Shown: piece by piece, positions 31,444 to 43,917 of the stretch
Layout of the letters: each line of letters opens with the position of its first letter
Position numbering within the stretch: the stretch's first letter is position 1
Source of the DNA: an uncultured Gemmatimonadaceae bacterium
Lineage (GTDB): Bacteria > Gemmatimonadota > Gemmatimonadetes > Gemmatimonadales > Gemmatimonadaceae
Assembly: GCA_963843845.1 (NCBI GenBank)
Contig: CAWJMB010000002.1
Coordinates: 480,001-544,000 of the forward strand
DNA length: 64,000 nt
Reading direction: 5' to 3'
Notes under the pieces: generated by a model
Seen by the model: the letters and a program-made list of their open reading frames with translations, nothing else
Databases searched by the model: none
Told to the model about the DNA's origin: nothing
Program-made: the position numbers and the translations under genes

Positions 31444-33021
31444 TCACCACGGCACCGCCACGTAGTCCTTGAGGAACTGCCCCCACACGTGCTCCCCGGT
31501 ATTGAACCCGGCGATGATCGGGTCGACGATGCGCGCCGCGCCGTCGACGATGTCGAGCGGCGGGTGGAAGCGGTGCTCGGCCGTCTTGCGCTCGGCGATC
31601 TCGACCGGGTCCTCGTCGGTCACCCAGCCGGTGTCGACGGAGTTCATGTGGATGCCGCTCGCGTGGTAGTCGGCGGCCGAGGTGCGCGTCATCATGTTGA
31701 GCGCGGCCTTCGCCATGTTCGTGTGCGGGTGGCGCGTCGTCTTGAAGCGGCGGTAGAACTGCCCCTCGACGGCCGACACGTTCACGACGTGCTTGTCGCG
31801 CTCCGGGGTGCGCGTGAGCAGCGGCTTGAGCCGCGCGTTGATGATGAACGGCGCGACGGCGTTCACGAGCTGCACCTCCAACAGCTCGACGGCCGGCACC
31901 TCGTCGAGCTGCAAGCGCCACGAGTTGCGCTCGCGCAGGTCGACCTGCTGCAGGTCGCCGTCGAGCCGCCCCTCGGGAAAGAGATGCCGCTCGGCGCCCG
32001 TCTCGTTCGGCAGGAGCGCGACCTGCGACAGCGCGGCCGAGTGCGTGAGGCCGGCCAGCTCCGCCAGCTCGTCGACGCGGCGGTCGAGCGCGCGCGGCGA
32101 TTGGTCGCCTTCCGGCAACATGTGGTAGCCGCGCAGCCCTTCGTAGGCGCCCAGCAGCGCGCGCACGGGCGCCGGCAGCGACTGCTGCGCCGCGGTCTCC
32201 CCGTCCATCATGTGCCGATAGAAGTCGGGGGGGCGCCGAACGGTCTGGCAGGCGTTGTTGATGATGAAGTCGAGCCGGTCGCGCGTGTCGAGCAACTGCG
32301 CGCAGAACGCCTCGACGCTCGGCGTGTGCCGCAGGTCGAGTCCGAAGATCTGCAGGCGGTGCGACCACTGCTCGAAGTCGTCCTCGCGCGCGAAGCGGGC
32401 GGCCGAGTCGCGCGGGAAGCGCGTCGTGACGATGAGCTCCGCGCCGGCGCGCAGCAGCTTGAGCCCGGCCTGATAGCCGATCTTCACGCGCCCGCCGGTG
32501 AGCAGCGCGACGCGGCCGGAGAGGTCGGCGAGCTCGGTGCGCTTCGCGTAGTTGAACGCCGCGCAGCTCGGGCAGAGCTGGTCGTAGAAGTGGTGCAGCG
32601 TCTCGTAGTCGCGCTTGCAGATGTAGCAGTTCTGCGGCTCGACGATCTCGCGGAACTCGGGCGTGTCGACCGTACGCTGCTCGAAATCGACCGGCGCGAA
32701 GAGCAGGTTCTGCGCGGCGGTGGCGGCCTCACGCCGCGCTCGCCGGATCCCGGTCTCGGTCAGCACCGACTCGGCGCGCCCGACCTTGTCGCGCTTGCGG
32801 AGACGCTTGGCCTCCTTCACGAGCTGGCGCCGCGACACGGCGTTCGGGCGCGAGACCTCGCCGGCGGCGCGGAGGAAGCGGGTGCGTTCGTCTGGGGCGA
32901 GCTGGGCGAGCAGCGCGCGGTCGGCGATGATCGACTCGATCAGGTCGATCGCGTCGCGCACACGGTCGTCGAGCGAGAGCGCGTCGCTCGGCGAGTCGGC
33001 GAGGGCGGGCAGGGTGTCCAT
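31444..33021 (-). CDS. Atypical SDR oxidoreductase with N-terminal Zn-ribbon
   Basis: CYIC..CPSC; LTGGRVKIG, LDFIINNA, VNVSAVEG, HTNMAKAALN. Confidence 0.85.
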   Translation of the reverse strand: MDTLPALADSPSDALSLDDRVRDAIDLIESIIADRALLAQLAPDERTRFLRAAGEVSRPNAVSRRQLVKEAKRLRKRDKVGRAESVLTETGIRRARREAATAAQNLLFAPVDFEQRTVDTPEFREIVEPQNCYICKRDYETLHHFYDQLCPSCAAFNYAKRTELADLSGRVALLTGGRVKIGYQAGLKLLRAGAELIVTTRFPRDSAARFAREDDFEQWSHRLQIFGLDLRHTPSVEAFCAQLLDTRDRLDFIINNACQTVRRPPDFYRHMMDGETAAQQSLPAPVRALLGAYEGLRGYHMLPEGDQSPRALDRRVDELAELAGLTHSAALSQVALLPNETGAERHLFPEGRLDGDLQQVDLRERNSWRLQLDEVPAVELLEVQLVNAVAPFIINARLKPLLTRTPERDKHVVNVSAVEGQFYRRFKTTRHPHTNMAKAALNMMTRTSAADYHASGIHMNSVDTGWVTDEDPVEIAERKTAEHRFHPPLDIVDGAARIVDPIIAGFNTGEHVWGQFLKDYVAVPW

Positions 33022-33234
33022 TGCTGCGGTGGGGTGCGGCCAAGTGCTTGTCTCATCACAACATAACGCACTCCGGACACTCCCGGCATCCACACCGCGA
33101 TCATCACCCCTGTCGGTGGACCGCAGTGTCTAGAGCGGTTCGCGCTCGGCTCGTGCGTTCTCGACAGGAGTCACAGGAGAAACGGTCCGAACGATCGACG
33201 GGGGTGATGGTCTCGTGATGATCGGGATGCCCCC

Positions 33235-35908
33235 TCAATTCCCAGCGTACAGCGCGTTGAACAGCAACTTGAACGTTCCGTGCGGCTGCGCGCGCTTCAG
33301 GATCTCCGGCCCGAACAGCACGACGCGCCCCTTGCCGACGCGCGCCTCGACGGCCGCGACGCCGTTCTCGAGATAGCGCTGCCCCCACGCCCACCCCAGC
33401 GCAGCGGCGTCGCGCCGTCGTACCAGGCGAACGCGCGCACCCCCTTCGCCGCCGCGTCGGCGCCGAGCCGCCAGACCGGGCTGTCGTCGAAGAAGGCGTC
33501 GACGCGCGACGGCATCCCGGCGGCGAGCGCGTGCGTCGTGTCGACGCGCACCGAGAGGAGCGAGCCCGGGACGTAGAACTTCGTGCGCGGCAGCGCGGCG
33601 CCCTCCTCGGCCAGCTGACTCTCGATGGGGAGGCCGAGGAACGCTGCGAGGTTCGTCGCCGACGAGCCGATCGCGACGACGGTGCCGCCCTCCTCGATGA
33701 ACTCGCGCAGCCGCGGCAGCGTCCGCTCGCGCGTCACGCGCCCGACCTGCTCGCGGTACTCGGCCGGCAGGTCGGGGATCGCCTCGTCAGCTGCAGCGCC
33801 GCCGCGCCGCGCGGCCGCTCGCGCCGGGGATCGCGCCGTCGACGAAGACGAGCGCGTCGTACGTCGCGTTCAGGCTCCCCGCGTCGAGCGCCGGCGCGAA
33901 CACGCGGTCGAACGGGAACTCGAACTGCTCGAGGATCCACCGCGTCCACCCGGCGTCCATCGAGCCGCCGTACTGGTCCCAGAGCCCGACGCGCGGCGCG
34001 CGGACCCGCGCGACCACGACGTCGTTCGGCGCCGCGCGCCCGCCGAGCCGAGACGCCTAACGGCAGCGCGAGGCTGTCGATCAGCGTCGCGGTGTCGCGC
34101 GGACGAACCACTCGCCGCTCCCGACGCGGTTCAGCGTCGCGCCGGCCGCGAGCAGCCGGTTCACGGCGATGAACGCGTCGTTCTGCCGCCGGTCGACGAA
34201 GTACCCGCCACGGGCCGCTCGGCTCGCCGCGCGTGCCGCGCGGCGGCGCGACGTTCCACGCCGCGAGCGTCTCGAACGGCGCCGGTGAAGCCGTCGAGCA
34301 TGCGATCGAACTGGATCGCCCATCTGGTACGCGAGCGTCCAGCCCGCGTTGTCGTACGGCGGCGTCGGCGGCGCGCCGGGATACGGGAAGACGTCCGGGT
34401 GCACCTGCGGCTCGAACATGTCCATCACGTGCGGCCGGAACGCCTGCGCCGTCGGCACGACGTACGAGCCGGCGCCGGATACGTGCTGCCGGCGACCGTG
34501 AACGTCGCGCGTCGCGCGCTGCACGGTGATGCCCGGTCTCGAGCAGCGCGTTCACGAACTTCGTCGCCGTCGGGAAGTCCGGCTGGTCGACCGGGATGAC
34601 GTATCCGCGCGGATCGCGAAGCTCGGGCGCGTGCATGCGCCGCCCACGTCGCCGAGTCGCCGGCGTTCGGCATCCGCGCCGCGATCGCCGCGTCGCGCCG
34701 CGGGTTCGCCGTCCACGTGTCCCGGCTGCCGCGCTCGATCGAGCGCCGCCCCATCGCGTAGATGTTGTAGAGCAGGTTCTCGCGCATGCGCGACGCGTAG
34801 TCGAGCACCGCGCGGTTCGAGCGACGTCGAGTAGTCGATCGACTGCGCGAAGTGCCACTCCTGCGGCGCGATCGGCAGCGCGAGGTCGCCGGACGGGATC
34901 TGCCGCTGCGAGCACGAGCGGAATGCGCATCGGCGTCGGGCTGCCGATCATCTCGGTCAGCATCGCGATCGTGTTGTGGAACGTCGCGGTGTTGCGGATG
35001 CCGCCGTTCCACCACCCGTCGTACGGCCCGCCGCGAGCGCATCGTCGCGCCGGGCTTGCCCTCGACCGCGAGCCGCGTGTGCATCGCCGCGCCGAGCGAC
35101 TGCAGGCCGAGGATGAGCACCGGGTCGAGGTTGTAGTTGTACGGGTCGCGCAGCGGCGGCGAGTAGACGACCGTGCCCGCCGGCCCGCTCTGGTGGTGGT
35201 TGTAGAGGAGCTGCGGAAACCACTCGCGGTACAGCACGCGGTTCATGTTCTCCGTCTCGGCCTGCGTCGACGCGAAGAAGTCGCGGTTGTTGTCGTGGCC
35301 GATGTACTTCTGGTAGAGCCGCGGCAGCCCGGCGAGCGAGCGCGCCTTCGGGTCGCGGCGTTGCGCATGTACCAGTCGGCGACGAGGTCGTTGCCGTCCG
35401 GGTTCGCGTGCACGAACAGGATGATGCACGTCGTCGAGGATGCGCCGCGTCTCGTCGTCGGTGCGGCTCACCATCTCGTAGACCGATCTGGCCGAGCTGC
35501 TGCGCGCCGAACGTCTCCGTGGCGTGCAGCCCGCCGTCGATCCAGACGACGGCCTTGCCCTCCTTCGCCAGCGCGCGCGCCTGCGCGTCGGTGAGCCCCT
35601 CGGCGTGCGCGAGGCGCGACGCGATGTCCTTGTAGCGCGCGAGCCGCGCGTGGTTCGCCGGCGACGTCACGATCGCCATGAGCTGCGCGCGCCCCTCGGC
35701 CGTCTTGCCGATCTCGACGACCTTCATGCGCTCCGACTCGCGGTCGAGCGTGCGCCAGTACGTCGGCGATCTGCCTGTAGCTGGCGAGGAAGTAGTCGTC
35801 GCCGAAGTCGTGGCCGAACTGCTCCTTCGGCGTCGTGATGCGCTGCGCGCCGAGCGGCGCGGCCAGCGCGAGAGCGGTCAGGCAGAGCGCGCGGATCCGG
35901 ATCGGCAT
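33235..35908 (-). CDS. M14 family zinc carboxypeptidase, secreted (many frameshifts)
   Basis: Signal peptide; IGKTAEGR, IDGGLHATE, GHDNNRD, YNHHQ, DAGWTRWILEQF, GTFKLLFNALY. Confidence 0.85.
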
Positions 35909-35928
35909 CGGAGCGAGTGGAGGGGTGG

Positions 35929-37243
35929 CTACGGAGTGCGACGGTCGACGACGACGGTACCGCCCTTCATGACCCAGCGCACGCCCCGGATCACGGCGTT
36001 CACGTCGCGCAGCGGGTCGCCTTCGACGGCGACGATGTCGGCGAAGCGCCGGGCGCGACGCGGCCGAGCTTGCGCGGCATGCCGCAACAGCGCCGCGGGC
36101 ACCGTCGTCGCCGTGGCGAGCGCCTGGCGCGGCGTCATGCCGGCCTGCACGAAGAGCGCGAGCTCGCGCGTGTTCTCGCCGAACATCCAGTACACGGCGT
36201 CGGATCCCATCGCGATGCGGACGCCGGCGCGGTGCGCGCGGCGCGTCGTCTCGAGGTTGAGCAGCGCGGAACGAGTCGAGCCCGGCGACCTGCCGCGCGT
36301 CGTAGCCGAGCAGCGCGGCGTTCTCGGCGTAGAAGCGGTTGTGGTCGATCGTCGGGACGTAGACCGTGCCGCGCCGCGCCAACTCGCGGAGCGTCGCGTC
36401 GTCGAACCCGATCGGGATGCTCGACCGACTCGGCGCCGGCGCGCATCGCGGCGCGGCCTCCGGAGTCGCCGTACGAGTGGATCGCGATCGGCTTCCCGTA
36501 GCGGTGCGCCGCCGCCGCGGCGACGCGCATCTCGGCGTCGCTGAACGTCTGGTCGCCGGTGACGTTCTGGAAGCTCCCGGTCGAGCCGTACATCTTGATC
36601 CAGTCGGCGCCGGCGTCGACCTGCGCCTTCACCGCGACCTCGATGTCCGCCGAGTCGCGCACGCGGCCGCGCGCGGCGGCGGAGGCGGCGTTAGGCGCCG
36701 CCGGGGTCGGCGCCGTCGTCACCTTCGAGAGCCCGTAGCCGGCGACGAACATGCGCGGGCCGAGCATCGCCCCCGTCGCGATCGAGTCGCGCATCGCGAT
36801 GTCGGTGTAGTTCGACGCGCCGAGGTCGCGCACCGTCGTGACGCCCGTCTCGAGCGTGCGGCGCGCGTTCTCCGCGGCCGCCATGACCACCGAGTCCTTC
36901 GTGCGCGGGCCCGGCGCGCGCGGGTTCGCGCTGGTCGCGCCAGTAGGTCATGTGCGTGTGCACGTCGATCAGCCCGGGGATCGCCGTGTAGCGGCGCAGG
37001 TCGATCGACCCGCGCGCCGGCGGGGAGCGCGCACCCGGTGCCGCAGACGCGGACGATCGTGTCACCCTGCACGACGATCTGCGCGTTCCGGAGCGGCGGG
37101 CCCTCGGCGTTCACGAGCGTGCCGAAGCGGAGGACGGTGACCGGCGCCGGCTGCGCGGCGAGCGGGCGGCCGGCCGCGGCGAGGGCGAGCGCGAGCGCCG
37201 CGCGGCGGAGCGGGAAGCGGCGGAGCGAGCGGTGACGGGTCAT
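35929..37243 (-). CDS. Metal-dependent amidohydrolase (prolidase-like), secreted (frameshifted)
   Basis: PGLIDVHTH, GVTTVRDLG, GADWIK, AIHSYG, SVEH, MGSDA, ADIVAVEGDPL, VMKGG. Confidence 0.88.
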
Positions 37244-39058
37244 TCGCGCAAGCTACGCCGATCCCCGAGCGCCGACAGCAGGTACGAGCAGGTTCGCCGT
37301 GCCGTCCATGATCGGCTCGTTCGTCGAGTAGTCGCCGACGTCGTCGTGGTAGACGATGAAGCCGGTGTTGAAGAGCGCGTACTCGTCGGGGTCGTGCAGC
37401 GCGATGCCGCGCAGGTTGCCGATAGATCGAGCGGTAGACCGGCCCGTCGACGAGCCCGCCGAGCTGCGAGCCGGGCCCGAACTGCATCGAGCACCACCGA
37501 GTGCGGGTCGCGCGGGGACGTGCCGCCGTTCGGGTAGCCGATCACCATCGACGTTCCCCACGGGTTCGCGCCGAACAGCCAGTCGATCGCCGCCTGCTCG
37601 TAGTCGCGGAAGCGCGCGTCTCCCGTCATGCGCGCGGTAGAGCAGCGCCTGCGTCGCGAACGACGCCATGAGGTCGTTCGAGCACCAGATGAACGGGACG
37701 CCGATGCGGAAGCCGTTGCGTCGGCGCGGCGCGCGACGCGCTCGAGGCCGCGGCGGTAGTACGCGGCGGCGGAGTCGCGCGCTCGTGCGGTCGCGCGCTC
37801 CGGGCGAGCGTGAAGTGCCCCGCGTTGTGCCACGGGTACCACTGGTAGTGGCGCGCCGTGTCGGCGCCCATCCATGGCGTGACCGGCTCGCGTGCGCGCG
37901 TAGCCGCAGCGCGTCGCGCAGGTAGCGCCGCTCGCCCGTGAGCGCGTGCGAGCTCGGCCGCCGCGAGCTCCATGTCGTCGGCCCAGTTGTCCTCCTCGTA
38001 GAAGTAGGGCGCGCGGCCGGGCGCGGTCTGGCAGACGCCGGGGTGGGCGGTGCCGAACGCGTAGGCGGCGAGCGCGCGTGCGGCGGAGCGTGTCGGCGAA
38101 GGCGGGGTCGCGGCGCGCGTAGGTGCGCGCGGCGAGCGCGAACGCCGACGCGTACTTGCCGGCCGTGGACGCGAGCCGGTCGAGCGGTTCTTCGGTGCTG
38201 GAAGAGCCCCTGCGGCCGACCGGTGCACGGATAGACGGCGCGCTCGCGCCCCTTCCCCCAGCCGTAGTCGGACGAGTCGGTCGTCGGCAGGTCGAGGTAG
38301 CTGTGGTCGCGGTCGTCGCCGAGCTGGTTGAACATCGTGTCGCCGCCGGGATACATGCGCAGCAGCCAGTCGAGCCCGTGCCGCGCCTCGTCGAGCACGT
38401 CGGGCGTGCCGTTAGGCCCCGGCAGCCCGCGCGCGTCGACGCGTCGCTCGCGGCGCCGGCGAACGCGCGCGGGTGGTCGCGCCACGCGGCGAGCAGGTGG
38501 TACGTCGCGGTCGCCGAGGTCGTGACGTACTGGAGATAGTCCGCCGCGTCGGCCCACCCGCCGCTCACGGGGAGAAAGCGCACGACGCGCCCGCTGTCGT
38601 CGACGACGTTCCCGTCGTCGGCGGTGCACCGAGTCGCGGAAGAACGGGTTGAAGCCGGAGCGCTGCTGGCGCATGTAGTACAGCAGCGTGTCCGCGCCGC
38701 CGGCGTAGACCGTCGGGCCGACGCTGACGGCCGGCGAGCGGACTACATCCGCCGCCTCGCCGGCGACGATCGTGTAGCGGCCGATCGCGCGCACGCTCGT
38801 GAAGTCGAGGCGGTACGTCGCCGCGCACGGCCCGAAGGCCCCCGCGTTCGGCGCCCGCCGCGCGCGGAGCACGACCCGCCCGCGCGCGTCCTCGACGTGG
38901 TACCGGACCGCGGAGTCGTCAGGTGCCCGCGCCAGCGCGCAGAGCACCGCGACCTTCGGCGCGTCGGGGAGGTAGCCGACCTGGTTGACGCGGACCACGC
39001 GCACCGGCTCGTCGACCGCCGGCGCGAGCATGGTCAGGATCGCGAGCACCAGCCGCAT
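37240..39058 (-). CDS. Glycoside hydrolase family 9 with N-terminal Ig-like domain (frameshifted)
   Basis: VRVNQVGYLP, YMRQQRSG, SGGWADAAD, WLFGANPWG, YSTNEPIMDGTA. Confidence 0.85.
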
Positions 39059-39099
39059 GACAGGAGAAAGACGCTCGTCGACGGCCGTCACTCACGACC

Positions 39100-40530
39100 T
39101 CACACCGCTTCCGACAGCGACGTGAAGTTGAAGTCGCGCGCCTTGATCGCCGGCATCACGACGTCGCCGCCCTGCTCCGTCCCGGCGAGCCGCTCCGCCT
39201 GGCCGAGCGTCTCGAGGTTGTTGAGCAGGAACAGCGGGCTCTCGTTGAAGCGGAAGTTGCGCAGCGACTTCGTGATCCTGCCGTCCTCGACGAGGAACGT
39301 GCCGTCGCGCGTGAGCCCCGTGTAGAGGATCGTGCGCGGGTCGACCTCGCGCAGATACCAGAGCCGCGTGACGAGCACGCCGCGCTGCGTCGACTTCGAC
39401 GAGGTCGTCGACCGACGCCGTGCCGCCGAGCATCTTCATGGACGTCGGCGCGCCCGTGGCGGGCTTGCCCTGCTTCTTCGCCCAGAAGCGCGAGTAGTAG
39501 AGCTGCTTCAGCACGCCGTTCTCGATCCACGTCTGCCGGCCGATCGGCAGGCCTTCGCCGTCGAACGGCTGGCCGAGGAGCTGCGGGTCGCGCGGGTCGG
39601 AGAAGAGCGTGACGCGCGAGTCGACGATCTTCTCGCCGATCTTGTTGCCGCCGCCCCCTGCTTCACGAACGGCGCTGCGCCCCTCGTCGGCCGTGCGCGC
39701 GTCGGTGTAGTTGCCGATGAGCTGCACCAGATCGCCGACCGCCTGCGGCTCGAGGATCACCGTGTAGCGCCCGGGCTCGATCGCCGACGGGCGTGCGCGA
39801 CAGCCGCGCCTTCTCGGTCGCGCGCGTCGCGATGCGGCGCACGTCGAGCTGCGCGAAGTCGGGGTGGTCCGCCGCGGCCCAGCCGGAGCCGGTGCCGTCG
39901 GCCGTGCGGACGGTGAGCGTGTAGTTGTTGCTCGTGTTGCGGTGATACGCGAACAGCCCCTTCCCGTTGCCGAACGCGCCGGCGCCGAGCCCCGATTGCG
40001 AGGTAGCCCGCGGCGCGCAGGTCGGCCGTCGCCGCGCGCCAGCTCGAGCGCCACGAGCGCCGCCTCCGCGCGGTCGGCCGGCGAGAGGTTCGCGGTCGTG
40101 TCGAAGTAGGCGCTCACGCGGTCGTACTGCTGCGGCGCCGAGCGTCGGGCATCGCCTCCGGGTCGTCGGGGGCGAGGCGGGCGATGCGCTCGCTCTGCTC
40201 GCACGCAGCGGCGGATCGACTCGTCGGACAGATCGTTGCGTCGTGACGACGGCGTGCTTCGGGCCGAAGCCGCTCTGGACGGCGAGCCGCGCGTCGGTGA
40301 TGCCGCCCGACGTCGACATCTGGTTCGCGGCGAAGCGGACGTTGCCGGCGTAGCTCGTGCCGACGTTCACGTCGATGCCGTCCGCCTTCGACAGCGCCGA
40401 CCGCCTTCTCGACGATCGCCTGCGCCTGCTCGCGCGTGAGCAGCGCGTCCGCCGCGAGGTCGCCGAGCGGGGTGCCGCGGCGGACGGCGGTGCCGAACGC
40501 TTCGCGCGTGTCCGTCGGTGAGCGCGGCAT
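39100..40530 (-). CDS. TldD/PmbA family protein, TldE-like partner (frameshifted)
   Basis: VRFAAN, EPGRYTVILEPQAV, PFDGEG, IENGVLK, TGLTRDGTFLVEDG, NFRFNES; no HExxxH seen. Confidence 0.85.
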
Positions 40531-42176
40531 CAGGACTTCCTCCCCGTGTTGATGACGTTGACGCTGCGGAAGCGCGCGACCGGCGAGCCGTGGCTCACCG
40601 CGTTACCTGACCCGGCTGTCCCTTGCCGTCGAAGAAGCTGCCGCCCATCGCGTACGTGCTCCGCCCGCCGACCATGTCCATCGAGTTCCAGAAGTCCGGC
40701 GTGCGGATCTGGTACGCGACGTCCTTCAGCATCCCGCCGAGCTTGCCGTTCTTGATCTCGTAGAACGTCTGGCCGCCGAACTGCGCGTTGTAGCGCTGCT
40801 GGTCGATCGAGAACGAGCCGTCGCCCACGATGTAGATGCCGTGCTCGACGCCCGCGACGAGGTCGTTCAGCGTCGTGTTCGCGCGCGCTCGGCTGCAGCG
40901 ACACGTTCGGCATGCGCTGGAACTGCACGTTGTTCCACCCCTGCGCGTACGAGCAGCCGTGCGAGCGCACCGGCTTGCCGGCCTTCTCGTAGTAGCTGCG
41001 CAGCCACGGCGCCTGCTCGCGCGTCGTCTGGTAGTCGACGAAGGTGCCGTTCTTGACGATGTCGAAGTGGTCGGGCTTCACGCCGTCGTCGTCGTAGCCG
41101 ATCGTCGACAGCCCGCCTTCCTGCGAGCGGTCGCCGACGACGTTCATGATCGATCGGCCGTACTGGAAGGTGCCCAGCTTGTTCTCCGGCGGCGCCACGA
41201 AGCTCGGTGCCGGCGTAGTTCGCCTCGTAGCCCATGGCGCGGTCGAGCTCCGTCGGATGCGCGACGCTCTCGTGGATCGTGAGCCAGAGGTGCGACGGGT
41301 CGAGCACGAGGTCGTAGCGGCCGACGTCGACCGGCTTCGCCTTGAGCTTCGCCGCCGCCTCCTCGCCCCACCTGCCGCGTTGCCGACGAGGTCCGACGCG
41401 AGCACGTACTCCCACCCGCGCGCCATCGGCTGCACGACGTTCGCGCGGTTCTGGAAGTCGGTGAAGTCGGCTCGAAATCGCGGTGATCTGCATCGTCGGC
41501 CACGACCGCACGACGTCCTGCGCGATGACCGAGCCGTCGGTGTTCGCGTAGTTGCGCTCGTCCTTCACGAAGAAGAAGCCGCTGAAGACGTACTTCACGC
41601 CGGCCGCTCTTGAGCGCCGCGGCGTTCGCCCTCAGCAGCAGCTCGGCCTTCTCCTCGACCGAGATCGTCCCACGGGTCGGTCGTGTACGCGCTCTTCCAC
41701 GTCACGTCCTTGTAGACCGGGCTCGGCAGCCACTCGACCGCACGGTCTCGCGCGAGGCGCGACGCGCTCGCGATCGCCACGGCTTCACGCGCCGCCGCCG
41801 CCGCGCCGTCGGTCGTGAGCTGCCGCGTCGCCGCGAAGCCCCACGTCCCGTCGACGAGCGCGCGCACGCCGATGCCGACGCTGTCGGTGTCGACGACGTT
41901 CTGGATCTGCTGCTCGCGCGTGAACACGAAGTTCTGCCGCTGCCGGCTCGCGCGGACGTCGGCATAGGTCGCGCCGGCCGACCGCGCGGCGTCGAGCGCG
42001 GCCATCATGAGCGCGCGGGTCTGCGCCGGATCGAGAAACGTGTCGAGCGCCCGCCCGCTCGGCGCGGCGGGCGCGGCGGCGAGGAGGCGGGGGATCGCCT
42101 CGAAGGCGCTGCCGGCGAGCAGGGCGCCGCCGACGGTGGTCGCGCTCCGGCGAAGGAAGTCGCGTCGGTTGGTCAT
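40530..42176 (-). CDS. tldD: TldD family metalloprotease with Tat signal (frameshifted)
   Basis: MTNRRDFLRR; YADVR, GIGVRALVDGTWGFA, IHESVAH, QRMPNVSL, DGKGQP, SHGSP. Confidence 0.85.
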
Positions 42177-42444
42177 GGAGGGGGCGGGAAGAGACGGCGG
42201 CGCTGGACGGCCGCACGTGGAAGGTGTGCTCGGCGAGCGAAGGTGGATAGCGCAGGCGGAACGCGACCGCGAGCGCGAACGGGTGTAGCCCGCACTTCGC
42301 ATCCCGCCCTGCGATGGCGTTCCGCCGTCGCTCTCGCGTTCCGCGTCTTCCGTCGCGTTCCGCGGTTCCAGCCCCGCTCCCTCGCCGTGCGTCCCGCCGT
42401 TCGGCGGCGTGTCCCGCAGTCCGGTGGCGTGTCCCGCGCAGCGC

Positions 42445-43917
42445 CTATCGCTCCCCTCGCACTCTCCGCGACCCCACCTCGCCGAGCATCGCTGCCCCGG
42501 CCACCACCGCGAGCACCCCGTCGGGCGGCCAGCTACGTCCAGGCCCGCGCGACGACTCTCCAGTCGGCCGTGCCCGCGGTGTGCCTAACGCCGCCACCGT
42601 CGCGGCGAGCGGGGCGGGATCTCCCGCCGCGACGGTCGCGGCGTTCGGCACCGCGCTCGCGGGCGCGTAGGCCACCGCCCCGACGACACGCGCCCACCAC
42701 GCTCGGTGTGCCGCCGGCGCGTCGTCGGGCGCCGCCATCCGCCACCGCCACGTCTCCGCGTACCCGATCTGTGCGACTCGGCCGGCGCCGACGCGGCGCG
42801 CGACGACCGCGGCCGCCGCGCCGCCCGGTCGGCGCTCGAGCACGACGGCGTCGGGACGCGGAACGATCGGCGTCAGCGCGAGCCCGTTCAGTGGCGCATC
42901 AGTGTCGAGCGCGCCGAGCCGGCCGGCGATCGTGGTGCCGAAGGAGCCCGCGACCAGCGCGCGCAGCGTCGGTTCGGTCGCCGCGTCGTGACCGAGCACG
43001 ACGCCGCCACCGTCGCGCACGTAGCGCGCGAGGCGGGCGGCGCTCGCTGCGTCGACGACGCCGCTGTCGACGACGATCACGGCAGCCGTCGTCGCCGTGT
43101 CCGGCGCGAGCCCCGTCGTCGCCGCACCCCCCTGCCCGGTGACGTCGAGCCGCGGGAGCACGGCGAGCTGTACGTGCACCGGCCAGCCGCGCTCCTCGAG
43201 CGCTGCGGCGACGAACTTTCCCTCCCACCCCGCTCGGCCGACGACGAGCACGTGCCGGAAGCGGAGCGGGGCGGGGAGCGGCACGCGCGCCGTCGTCGCG
43301 CCGGCGCGCGCGAGCACCGTGTCCGCCGCGGCCGGCAGCACGAGCGACCGGCCGACGCCCGCACTGTCGCGACGCGCGCCGGTCACCCGCGCCGTATCCG
43401 ACAGCGCCAGCGCGTCGCCGACGGCGACCGCACTCCCGCTCGGCGCCGCGACGTCGACGCGGACGCCGCCCGCGGGATCGACGACCGACGACGCGCTGAT
43501 CGCGACGGCCACGGCGCTCGGCGCGCTCCAGCCGATGGACATGCCGGCCCCGGCGAGCGCCCGCAGCCACGATCGCGTCGGCTCGGTCGGCGGCGCGCCG
43601 AACACGACGTGGGCAGCGGCGACCGGCGCGCTCGTCCACCGACCCAGTGCGTCCTGCACTGCGTCCTGCGCTGCGTCCTGCGAAGCGCCATCGAGTCGCC
43701 GAGTGCGGCCACTGTCGGCGCGCGCGTCGATCACGTCGGCGACAGCGGCCCCGGAAACGGCCGGCCGAGTCCACCGCCAGAGCAGCAGCGCGAGCGCAGC
43801 GACCGCGATCGCGCGCAGCGTCCACTCACCGGCGCGACGGCCGAGGGACACCTGCGTCGCGCGCGCCGTCGTCGGCGTCGTCGCCCGTGGCACGGTCGCG
43901 TCAGCGGGTGAGGGCAT
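42445..43917 (-). CDS. Hypothetical membrane-anchored protein of the MoxR/DUF4159 operon
   Basis: N- and C-terminal hydrophobic segments; WEGKFV, YVRDGGGVV, GAGRVA, ETWRWRM; start uncertain. Confidence 0.65.
   Translation of the reverse strand: MPSPADATVPRATTPTTARATQVSLGRRAGEWTLRAIAVAALALLLWRWTRPAVSGAAVADVIDARADSGRTRRLDGASQDAAQDAVQDALGRWTSAPVAAAHVVFGAPPTEPTRSWLRALAGAGMSIGWSAPSAVAVAISASSVVDPAGGVRVDVAAPSGSAVAVGDALALSDTARVTGARRDSAGVGRSLVLPAAADTVLARAGATTARVPLPAPLRFRHVLVVGRAGWEGKFVAAALEERGWPVHVQLAVLPRLDVTGQGGAATTGLAPDTATTAAVIVVDSGVVDAASAARLARYVRDGGGVVLGHDAATEPTLRALVAGSFGTTIAGRLGALDTDAPLNGLALTPIVPRPDAVVLERRPGGAAAAVVARRVGAGRVAQIGYAETWRWRMAAPDDAPAAHRAWWARVVGAVAYAPASAVPNAATVAAGDPAPLAATVAALGTPRARPTGESSRGPGRSWPPDGVLAVVAGAAMLGEVGSRRVRGER

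Noticed and set aside
33235..41700. Mass pseudogenisation or programmed frameshifting
   Set aside because: Indels are numerous, scattered and lack slippery sites while catalytic motifs stay intact; sequencing error is the simpler explanation.
42177..42444. Structured element upstream of tldD
   Set aside because: Only short CGTTCCG repeats and a weak 10-bp inverted match, not convincing in GC-rich DNA.
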